Part shown: in pieces, positions 1 through 7,492 of the stretch | How positions within the stretch are numbered: the stretch's first letter is position 1 | How the letters are laid out: the number at the start of each line of letters is the position of its first letter | Assembly (NCBI RefSeq): GCF_051201565.1 | Contig: NZ_CP179200.1 | Location: 240,001-272,000 of the forward strand | Length of the DNA stretch: 32,000 nucleotides | Reading direction: 5' to 3' | DNA from: Pseudothioglobus sp. nBUS_23 | GTDB taxonomy: Bacteria; Pseudomonadota; Gammaproteobacteria; PS1; Pseudothioglobaceae | The notes under the pieces: generated by a model | Told to the model about the DNA's origin: nothing | The model's database searches: none | Seen by the model: the letters and a program-made list of their open reading frames with translations, nothing else | Made by a program: the position numbers and the translations under genes

Positions 1-618
1 CTGGATGTTGTCAAAGACAATAATGCACTGGATTTAGTTTCTGAAATCTTTGGTCCAAATATCACTCATTTGGGAAACAAAATAAATCTCAAGTTACCTG
101 GTGCTGGAACTGAAGTAAAGTTCCACCAAGACTTTCCTTTTGAGCCGCATTCAAATGAGGACATTATGACGGTGCTTTATTTTTTGGATGATGTGACTCT
201 GGATAATGGGCCATTAGAGGTCGTCCCAGGGACACATAACGGGCCACTCCACTCTCATTGGCAGAATGGTATTTTTACAGGTGCAGTGGATGACAAAGTT
301 ATGGAGTCGAACAAGAACAAAGCTATAAAGTGCACTGGAAAGGCGGGCTCTGCTTGCCTCATGCATTCAAAGTTACTGCATGGTTCAGCGCCGAATTTAT
401 CGGCCCATTCAAGATCTCTCTTTATTGTGACCTATAAGGCTGAGGATGCAGTAGCTCTTTCACCAAACCATCTCCCTAGTGAGCTTGTTGGAATGGTTGT
501 TAGAGGGAAAGAAACTGGAACTGTCAGGTGTACTAGTTACAGTATTGAGTTACCAGAGTACCCTAAAGAGGTCTCTTTCTTTGGCCAACAATCAAAAAGT
601 AAAAACATGGCAATGTAA
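1..618 (+). CDS. Fe(II)/2-oxoglutarate dioxygenase, phytanoyl-CoA dioxygenase (PhyH) family; 5'-partial
   Basis: Frame 1 is open from nt 1 (LDVVKDNNALDLVSEIFGPN...), so the TTG at 70 is not the real start. It has the HxD triad motif KFHQDF, LDNGPLEVVPGTH, and a distal His in LLHGSAPN, all typical of the PhyH fold. Confidence 0.8.
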   Translation: MDVVKDNNALDLVSEIFGPNITHLGNKINLKLPGAGTEVKFHQDFPFEPHSNEDIMTVLYFLDDVTLDNGPLEVVPGTHNGPLHSHWQNGIFTGAVDDKVMESNKNKAIKCTGKAGSACLMHSKLLHGSAPNLSAHSRSLFIVTYKAEDAVALSPNHLPSELVGMVVRGKETGTVRCTSYSIELPEYPKEVSFFGQQSKSKNMAM

Positions 619-703
619 AGCCAATCTTAACTTTTAGTACTTTATACATGAAGGGGATACAATCGACTTAATCAAAAAAATTTCTATAGTCGGCGACGAG
701 CTG

Positions 704-1795
704 GTGATTGACTGGAATGATGGGAATAAAAGCTCACTCTTCAGCTACTGGCTCAGGGATAACTGCCAGATGCCTGAATCAAGAAACGAGAATAATGGCC
801 AAAGACTCTTTAGTGTTAAAGACTTACCTGAAGATGTATCCATAGAGAAGGCTTATAAGGATGAAAACGGAGATGTTTGTATCCTATTTCAGCCTGAAAA
901 TCACTTATCAGTCTTTACGCAAGATTGGCTACTCTCCAATTGCTATGACCTCAATGATCACTTTGATGACAGGAGCGAGAAACAAAAAATGCTCTGGCAA
1001 AAAAATAGTTTTGAGAATGGACTGCCACTAATTGACTATGATTTAATGAGCAAGGATGAGATAAAATTAAAAGCGCTTTGCTCCTTGAGAGACATAGGTT
1101 TTTTTGTTTTAATGGGTGTCCCGACAGTTGAAGGACAAGTATTAAAAGTCATCAGTGAAATGGGTTACACTCGGGAGACCAACTATGGAGCTCTGTTTGA
1201 GGTGAGAACTGAAGTCAACCCAAACAATCTTGCTTATACCAACCTAGGGCTTGGATCTCACACCGATAATCCATACCGAGACCCTGTCCCAACGGTGCAG
1301 CTGCTGCATTGTCTCGAGAGCTCTACCGAGGGCGGAGATTCAATCTTGGTTGACGGCTTTAAGGCCGCCTCAATTCTTCGTGATGAAAGCGAAGAGAGCT
1401 TTCTAACCTTGGCTAGTAACTGGATTAATTATCGATTTACTGATTCTAAAACTGATCTCCGCTCAAGGGTCCCGATGATCGAGTTAAATGACAATCATGA
1501 GATTATCAAGGTCAGATATAACAACCGATCAATCGATACAATTAATGTCCCAAAAGATAAAGTAAGGCTTTTTTATAAGGCCTACCGTCACTGGAGCGAG
1601 GTCATTGAGAGAGACGAATTGAAGATTCAATTCAAGCTTTCTGAGGGGGATTTAATGCTGTTCGATAACACTCGAGTTATGCACGCCAGAACTAAGTTTT
1701 CAAAAACTGGAAAGCGCCACCTACAAGGAGCCTATACAGATTTAGATGGACTTTACAGTCTCCTAAATACATTAGAAGATAAAAAAAATGACTGA
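704..1795 (+). CDS. gamma-butyrobetaine hydroxylase-like / TmpA-like Fe(II)/2OG dioxygenase (TauD/BBOX superfamily)
   Basis: BBOX-type N-terminal domain (LVIDWNDG...LFSYWLRDNC), HxD in GLGSHTDNPY, distal His in RVMHAR, and Arg in GKRHLQGAY. The in-frame coding signal continues upstream of GTG-704 to about 650, so the true start is probably earlier (see finding). Confidence 0.8.
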   Translation: MIDWNDGNKSSLFSYWLRDNCQMPESRNENNGQRLFSVKDLPEDVSIEKAYKDENGDVCILFQPENHLSVFTQDWLLSNCYDLNDHFDDRSEKQKMLWQKNSFENGLPLIDYDLMSKDEIKLKALCSLRDIGFFVLMGVPTVEGQVLKVISEMGYTRETNYGALFEVRTEVNPNNLAYTNLGLGSHTDNPYRDPVPTVQLLHCLESSTEGGDSILVDGFKAASILRDESEESFLTLASNWINYRFTDSKTDLRSRVPMIELNDNHEIIKVRYNNRSIDTINVPKDKVRLFYKAYRHWSEVIERDELKIQFKLSEGDLMLFDNTRVMHARTKFSKTGKRHLQGAYTDLDGLYSLLNTLEDKKND

Positions 1796-2351
1796 GATTA
1801 CTTCGCAAAATGTTGTAGACCTTATTGAAGATATTTTTCTTCGGCGCGGCGCTGAATCATACCTTGGTGAACAGGTCACGATGGCACAGCACATGCTTCA
1901 AACGGCCCAATGTGCTGAAGAGGCTGGCGCTGATGGTGCTCAAATAGTGGCAGCACTTCTTCATGATATAGGTCATTACAAAAACGAAATTCCTGAGTCA
2001 TCTTTGGCAAAGGGAGTGAACAACTTTCATGAGGAGGCAGGTGCAAATTTTCTGGAAGAATATTTCCCGGCTTCCGTTGTCGAACCGATTCGTCAGCATG
2101 TTGCAGCAAAACGTTATTTGTGTGCAGTTAAAGCAGATTATTTTGAGCGCCTATCTGCAGCCTCAGTTCATACTCTTAATCTTCAGGGTGGACCAATGAA
2201 TGAGAAAGAAATAGAAGAATTTGAAAATAATGATTATTTAGATCACTGCATAAATTTAAGATATTGGGATGAAGAGGGGAAAGATCCAGATAGAGAACAT
2301 CCTCCATTTTCATACTACCGCCCATTAATTGACTCTTTATTAAAAAATTAA
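1788..2351 (+). CDS. HD-domain protein with diiron-oxygenase ligand pattern (PhnZ/TmpB-like candidate)
   Basis: 187 aa with H35, H59-D60 (LLHDIGH), H81, H104 (RQHVAAKRY) and D161 (RYWDEEG). This is the H..HD..H..H..D six-ligand pattern. It overlaps the upstream dioxygenase by 8 nt (ATGACTGA). Confidence 0.7.
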   Translation: MTEITSQNVVDLIEDIFLRRGAESYLGEQVTMAQHMLQTAQCAEEAGADGAQIVAALLHDIGHYKNEIPESSLAKGVNNFHEEAGANFLEEYFPASVVEPIRQHVAAKRYLCAVKADYFERLSAASVHTLNLQGGPMNEKEIEEFENNDYLDHCINLRYWDEEGKDPDREHPPFSYYRPLIDSLLKN

Positions 2352-2508
2352 CTATATAAATTTAGTTCTTAACTAGACTCTTTCAAAAGAGTAAGATTAA
2401 GCCCATATACATTAAACCTTGAGGTATATATAATATCCCAGAGTGTTAGATAGGCCTTATTGCACGGAATATTTGTTAATTTTATAAAATGATGGACTAA
2501 ATCAATAA

Positions 2509-2973
2509 ATGAGTAACGGTAAATTATTAATAATAAATGGACCTGGATTATCAGATTTAAGTGATCATAATGAGGTAGCTAATGATGACTTATCTTTGTC
2601 TGTTATAGAGCAAAAATGCATTGAGACTTCAGGTAAATTTGGTCTCGAAGTGGATTTTCGTCAAAATGATGATGAATCTGAGCTTTTGAGTGGCTTGATT
2701 AATGATATTAATAATTTTGATGCTTTCATAATTAATCCAGCTGCACTCTCAAAATCATCAGTGATAAATTACGATGCTTTTAGTTCAGCAATTAGTGAAA
2801 TTAGCAATCAAAGTAAGCCAGTTATTGAAGTCCGTATAGAAAATATCTTCAAGCGGAATGTCAGTAAGCCTTTGCAAGTCCCTGAGAGTGGGTTAGGCTT
2901 TATTGGCGGACTTGGTAAGCATGGTTACGTGCTGGCTATTCGGTCAATTAACAAAAAACTAAGCAATCAATAA
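2509..2973 (+). CDS. type II 3-dehydroquinate dehydratase-like protein, catalytically degenerate paralog
   Basis: Collinear with AroQ (LLIINGP..., IINPAA, EVRIEN, GLGKHGY). The lid Arg/Tyr (REPxxYG) is absent, the His of AYTHTS is absent, and HISN is replaced by RIEN. Its stop directly abuts the ATG of the canonical aroQ. Confidence 0.65.
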   Translation: MSNGKLLIINGPGLSDLSDHNEVANDDLSLSVIEQKCIETSGKFGLEVDFRQNDDESELLSGLINDINNFDAFIINPAALSKSSVINYDAFSSAISEISNQSKPVIEVRIENIFKRNVSKPLQVPESGLGFIGGLGKHGYVLAIRSINKKLSNQ

Positions 2974-3417
2974 ATGAATATATACGTCATAAATGGTCCA
3001 AACATAAATCTTTTAGGTACGCGTGAGCCTGAAATTTATGGCAGAGATACTCTAGAAGGTATTGCTATAGATTGCCAAGAAAAAGCATCAAAAGATGGCC
3101 ATATTGTTAAATTTATGCAGTCTAACTATGAGGGCGAGATTGTAGAATGGATCCAAGATGCAATTATGCAGAAAGTAGATGCGATTGTAATCAATGCTGC
3201 TGCATATACTCATACATCAATCGCCATTCATGATGCATTAAAGTCATATTCAGGTTACAAGGTTGAGTTACACATTTCCAATCCACATCTGCGTGAATCA
3301 TTTCGCCACGTTTCTTTTATTTCTCCCGCAGTTGATGCAGTTATTGCTGGGTTGGGGGCTGAAGGTTACGGCCATGTTGTTGATCTATTATCAGAGTTAC
3401 CAATTAAGGTTAATTAA
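2974..3417 (+). CDS. aroQ: 3-dehydroquinate dehydratase, type II
   Basis: Canonical motifs are all present: VINGPNINLLGTREPEIYG, INAAAYTHTS, ELHISNPHLRESFRH, GLGAEGY. Length is 147 aa. Confidence 0.9.
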   Translation: MNIYVINGPNINLLGTREPEIYGRDTLEGIAIDCQEKASKDGHIVKFMQSNYEGEIVEWIQDAIMQKVDAIVINAAAYTHTSIAIHDALKSYSGYKVELHISNPHLRESFRHVSFISPAVDAVIAGLGAEGYGHVVDLLSELPIKVN

Positions 3418-4922
3418 AGAAGAATAGGGTAATATCTTCTAATTGAAGCCTCAATCTCATCCGATAAATAATTTGGATGGTGATTCAGTAATTCTTTGGC
3501 TTTAGTTTTGGCTCTGCTAAGATGATCTAGGGCTCCTTGCTCTTGCCATACAGTCGGCTCCTCTCGGTCAGCAATCGATGGATAAAAATAATCCCTTTCC
3601 ATAGATAGCATGGTTTCTGGTTGACCTAGAAAATGACCCGTATCACTGACGACAGATTGAATCGAATCAAACTCTAAACTTTGGTTATTGACCTCTATGC
3701 CTCTTATCATTCTATAAACAAGCGACAGCATCTCATCATCCATAACGAAGGCCTCAAATGATGCGCCCAATAAACTTGCCATCATTCCTGATGATTCATA
3801 GATCATATTTCCACCTGCTAAACCGCATGCCAAGGCAGTGAGGGCTTTCTCCATTCCCATTTGAGCATCGGGTGCTTTGGCATCGCTCATACTTGAAGCG
3901 CATCCCGAGGGTAAACCTAGAGAGTTCGACAACTGCGCCGATGCAGCATTGAGTAATGCCATCTCGCCGCTTCCTCCTCTGAAAGCGCCAGTTCTTAAAT
4001 CGATAGCAAGAGGCCAATTACCAAAAATCATTGGGTATCCAGGTTCAAAAACATTCGTCATTATGAGGGTTGAGAGAGTTTCAGCTAAGGTCAGTGAGAG
4101 TGACCCTGCGATTGGTCCAGGTGAGGTGGCTCCTGGCATGGCAGCAATAATATTATTAATCGGAACGCCTCTTTTCATGCAGGCTATGGCAACCATGACC
4201 GCATCTTCGCCAAATTTAAGAGGCGATATGACAGGACTGATATGAGCTTTGCAAAAAGGCTTTTCAGAAAACTTACCTTTCCCACCAAGAGCCATATCAA
4301 ACATGTCAATTATGGGATCAACATGTTCGTCAATATGAAAGCTCATTCCTACCGGCTTGGTTGTTCCTTTGAGAAGGGCGTAGGCGGTATTGACGTCAAG
4401 TTCATAGTTATCATGAACATCGGTTGCAATGCAGCAGCGTGTAAACCAACTTACATTTGGTAACTGATCTATCAGACGAGTAAAGTCATATAAGTCTGCT
4501 AAGGTCGAAGGACGATACTCTTCAGTATCAATATCTAAAGTCTGAACTGCTGCGCCTCCTGTACCGAAATATACTTTATCACCGCCAACGACTATGTCAT
4601 GCTTTGATTCTCGACCGAAGAATGTAAATTCTTTGCAGGAGGATGAGATGATGCTTTCAACCATTGATGCTGGGAAACATAATCTATTCTGAGAGTTAAT
4701 TTTTGCTCCATGTTCTAAGGCCTGCTTTTCAAGAACTTTTGGAACGTCGGTCATTCCAATTTGCTCTAGAATCCGTAATGACTCGTTATAAATTGTTTTG
4801 ACTTGAGAGTCTGAGAGTGGCTTGTATTGACCTCCAGACTGACCAGGGGGGCATGGGTTGATTTCAGGAGCCTTGGCTCTCTGGGCTTGTTTAGCTGCTC
4901 GTGCTGATTGTCTTCTTGCCAT
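3414..4922 (-). CDS. trimethylamine methyltransferase (MttB) superfamily protein, non-pyrrolysine; quaternary-amine methyltransferase candidate
   Basis: 502 aa uninterrupted ORF with no in-frame TAG. It has the Arg/Ala-rich N-terminus (MARRQSARAAKQAQRAK) typical of proteobacterial MttB homologs and a TIM-barrel-length body. An AGGAA RBS is present, and it lies 14 nt downstream of the DMGDH-family gene. Confidence 0.8.
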   Translation of the reverse strand: MARRQSARAAKQAQRAKAPEINPCPPGQSGGQYKPLSDSQVKTIYNESLRILEQIGMTDVPKVLEKQALEHGAKINSQNRLCFPASMVESIISSSCKEFTFFGRESKHDIVVGGDKVYFGTGGAAVQTLDIDTEEYRPSTLADLYDFTRLIDQLPNVSWFTRCCIATDVHDNYELDVNTAYALLKGTTKPVGMSFHIDEHVDPIIDMFDMALGGKGKFSEKPFCKAHISPVISPLKFGEDAVMVAIACMKRGVPINNIIAAMPGATSPGPIAGSLSLTLAETLSTLIMTNVFEPGYPMIFGNWPLAIDLRTGAFRGGSGEMALLNAASAQLSNSLGLPSGCASSMSDAKAPDAQMGMEKALTALACGLAGGNMIYESSGMMASLLGASFEAFVMDDEMLSLVYRMIRGIEVNNQSLEFDSIQSVVSDTGHFLGQPETMLSMERDYFYPSIADREEPTVWQEQGALDHLSRAKTKAKELLNHHPNYLSDEIEASIRRYYPILL

Positions 4923-4936
4923 CGATTATTCCTAGG

Positions 4937-7372
4937 TTACGCTAGTATTCTACTATAGCTTTCATCGTAGGGTCCAAATGGAATGACCTCAACAGAGACC
5001 AATTCTCCTAATAAATCTAAATGCATTTGTGTCCCCTCTTTTGATTTGTCAATGTTTACAAATGCATAGGCAAGGTTGAGATTAACTCTGTGACCCCACT
5101 CACCAGATGTAATTGTTCCAACTACTTTTCCACTCTCCATTAGCGATGCTCCACCATATGCTGGGGCATGTTTGCATGCTACCTTTAGACAGACAAGTTT
5201 TTGATTTGGGCTTTGTTTAATTCTATTTTTTAATGCCTTTTTGCCAATAAAGTTATCTTTCTTTAGATTCACGAAGCGGTCAAGGCCAGTTTCAAAAGGA
5301 TCAAACTCAGTGATTAAATCGGACTTCCATCCCAGAAACCCTTTTTCCATTCTCATAGACTCTACCGCTCTGGACCCAAAGAGTTTTATTCCAAACTCTT
5401 CTCCTGCTTCAGTGAGTGCTAGGTATGCGGCATACAGAGATTCATTGGGTACATGCACTTCATAAGCGAGCTCACCAGAGAAACTCACTGACATTACGGT
5501 GGCCGGAGAAAAGCCAATGAAACATTCTCTTACACTGAGCCATGGAAATGACTCCTTGCTCCAATCTTCGCGACTGCATTTGGAGAGGACTTCTCTCGCT
5601 TTTGGTCCAGCTAAAAGGAGTATTGTTTGGTCATTTGTTAGGCTTTTGATTGAAGTATCTTCATCATCTTTTAATTGCTGAACTAGCCAATCCATATCGT
5701 GAAACTCAGAGGCCGCAGCTGAGCCATACCACATTCTTTTTGGGCCACGGTCTGAAGCTGGAATGTTGGATATAGTGGCTTCACTTTTTATCATTCCAAA
5801 CTCATTAAGAAGGTAACCTAAACCAACTCGGCCTGATTTCTGGGTAATGTTGCCGCAAAACATTCGGTCAACAAAACTGTTGGCATCTGAGCCAGTAATT
5901 TCAAATCGATTAAAGCCATTCACCTCGGTAAGTCCTACATTATTTTGGACATTTTTTACTTCGTTTGCGATAACATCAAATGCTTCATCAAAGTGAAACG
6001 AGAGAGAAGGGTGGAAGTCTTTTGAGGGCTTAATATATTCAACACGCTCCCATCCATTAATCACAGTAAATTCTGCATTTGCATTTGCCATGACTGGAGT
6101 TAGAGGAGTAGTTTTGGCAGGGCGAGCTGCGGGGCGGTGCTCGTGTGGAAAGTGAAAACGAAATTCGTTTTGATAGTCTTCGATAGCCTTTAACGAAGTC
6201 ATTTCAACATTTGTGTGAGAGGTAAATCTTCGAGGATCCAGGCACCACGTATCATAACATGCTTCACCATGAACAATTTGTTGAGCAAGGAGCCAGCCAT
6301 GCCCGCCACCTTCACCAAGGCCTGCTCTTAGACCTATGATGCAGAATGCGTTTTCTTTTCCAGGAATTTTTCCAACCAGTGGGGCTCCATCAATTGTATA
6401 AGTAATTGGGCCATTAATGACACTTCTTATTCCAGCATTCATTAACGCAGGCATTCGATCAAATGCTCCCTCTAATACATCTGTAACTCTCTCTAAATCA
6501 TCTGGACAAAGAGCATTGACAAAGTTTGGATCAATCCCATCCATTCCCCATGGTTTACAATTCTGTTCATAGAATCCAATCAAAAGTCCATTCTTATCTT
6601 GTCGACAATAATAGTCAGATATTGGGCACCTTAAAAGAGGCATTCGGCGACCTGAATCTATAATCTCTTGAATATCTTCGGTCAGAAAATACTGATGCTC
6701 CATTGAGGCTACTGGATGATGAACACCCATCATTGCGCCAACCTCATTAACCCTATATCCGCAGGCATTTACAACAACATCACAATCAACCCCACCATTT
6801 TTGGTGGTTACTTTCCAGGTCCCATCCTGGTATTGCTCTAGAGCAGTTACTGGAGTATTTGTGTAGACCTCAGCGCCAGCCTGTCGGGCTTTTCGCGCCA
6901 AAGAGTGACATAACTGATATGGATCTATATCACCATCTAATGGATCCCACAACCCACCAATTAAGTTTTTTGTTGAAATTAATGGGTGACGTCGATGACA
7001 TTCTTTGGCATCTATTACTTCAAAATTAACATCCATGCCCCGAGCCATTGAGGCGAAGTGATGATAACCTTGCATTTGCTCTTTGGTATTGGCAAGCCTT
7101 ATTCCACCATCACCATGATTATAGTTAATTGGATAATCAGGGTCGTCAGCCAATTCTTTGTATAGATTAATGGAATGTGTTTTTAAACCAACCATTGTTT
7201 GATTCATTCCAAAATTAGTAACCTGAGCTGCTGAGTGCCAAGTCGTACCACTAGTCAAATCATTTCGCTCAAGAAGAACAACATCTGTCCAACCCTCTTG
7301 GGTCAGATGATAAAGGGTCGAGCAGCCTGCAATACCACCGCCAATGACAACAACCTTTGTTCTAGTTTTCAT
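4937..7372 (-). CDS. dimethylglycine/sarcosine dehydrogenase family flavoprotein (DAO FAD domain fused to GcvT-type folate-binding domain)
   Basis: 811 aa. N-terminal VVVIGGGIAGCS Rossmann motif, flavinylation-type His in SGTTWHSAAQ, and a C-terminal aminomethyltransferase-like region. AGGAG RBS. Confidence 0.85.
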   Translation of the reverse strand: MKTRTKVVVIGGGIAGCSTLYHLTQEGWTDVVLLERNDLTSGTTWHSAAQVTNFGMNQTMVGLKTHSINLYKELADDPDYPINYNHGDGGIRLANTKEQMQGYHHFASMARGMDVNFEVIDAKECHRRHPLISTKNLIGGLWDPLDGDIDPYQLCHSLARKARQAGAEVYTNTPVTALEQYQDGTWKVTTKNGGVDCDVVVNACGYRVNEVGAMMGVHHPVASMEHQYFLTEDIQEIIDSGRRMPLLRCPISDYYCRQDKNGLLIGFYEQNCKPWGMDGIDPNFVNALCPDDLERVTDVLEGAFDRMPALMNAGIRSVINGPITYTIDGAPLVGKIPGKENAFCIIGLRAGLGEGGGHGWLLAQQIVHGEACYDTWCLDPRRFTSHTNVEMTSLKAIEDYQNEFRFHFPHEHRPAARPAKTTPLTPVMANANAEFTVINGWERVEYIKPSKDFHPSLSFHFDEAFDVIANEVKNVQNNVGLTEVNGFNRFEITGSDANSFVDRMFCGNITQKSGRVGLGYLLNEFGMIKSEATISNIPASDRGPKRMWYGSAAASEFHDMDWLVQQLKDDEDTSIKSLTNDQTILLLAGPKAREVLSKCSREDWSKESFPWLSVRECFIGFSPATVMSVSFSGELAYEVHVPNESLYAAYLALTEAGEEFGIKLFGSRAVESMRMEKGFLGWKSDLITEFDPFETGLDRFVNLKKDNFIGKKALKNRIKQSPNQKLVCLKVACKHAPAYGGASLMESGKVVGTITSGEWGHRVNLNLAYAFVNIDKSKEGTQMHLDLLGELVSVEVIPFGPYDESYSRILA

Positions 7373-7492
7373 ATGAACTCCTATTTATTTTTATATTTTT
7401 AACCTTTTTTTTTCGAAAAAGTTGTTAAAAAACTAAACATACTGTTCGAATATATTTGACAGGAATATGATAGGATGGGTTAAACTTGCAAA
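7373..7492. promoter_or_regulatory. divergent control region between the DMGDH-mttB operon and lysR
   Basis: Two palindromic TTCGAA hexamers (7412-7417, 7445-7450) lie 33 bp apart. Candidate leftward promoter: TTCGAA-N16-TATAAA (7417->7390). Candidate rightward promoter: TTGACA (7456-7461)-N17-GTTAAA (7479-7484), ending only ~8 nt before ATG-7493. Confidence 0.3.

Noticed and set aside
648-671. A 7-codon mini-ORF (MKGIQST) upstream of the TmpA-like gene, considered as a possible leader peptide.
   Set aside because: There is no attenuator-like structure downstream. It is more simply explained as the true start codon displaced by a 1-nt difference in the G run, or as irrelevant if ATC-662 is used. 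It is kept only as part of the start-site finding.
2377-2392. A hairpin ACTCTTT-CA-AAAGAGT after the HD-domain gene, considered as a terminator.
   Set aside because: The stem is AT-rich, the loop is effectively too small, and no T-run follows. I cannot support it as a terminator.
2509-2973. The idea that the degenerate AroQ-like protein (flavodoxin-like fold) is the missing corrinoid carrier for the MttB homolog.
   Set aside because: There is no DxHxxG B12-binding motif (the SDHNEV stretch does not fit it), and I know of no precedent. It is pure speculation.
3414-4922. Possibility of an in-frame amber (pyrrolysine) codon in the MttB homolog.
   Set aside because: The 502-codon ORF is uninterrupted, so this is a non-Pyl member.
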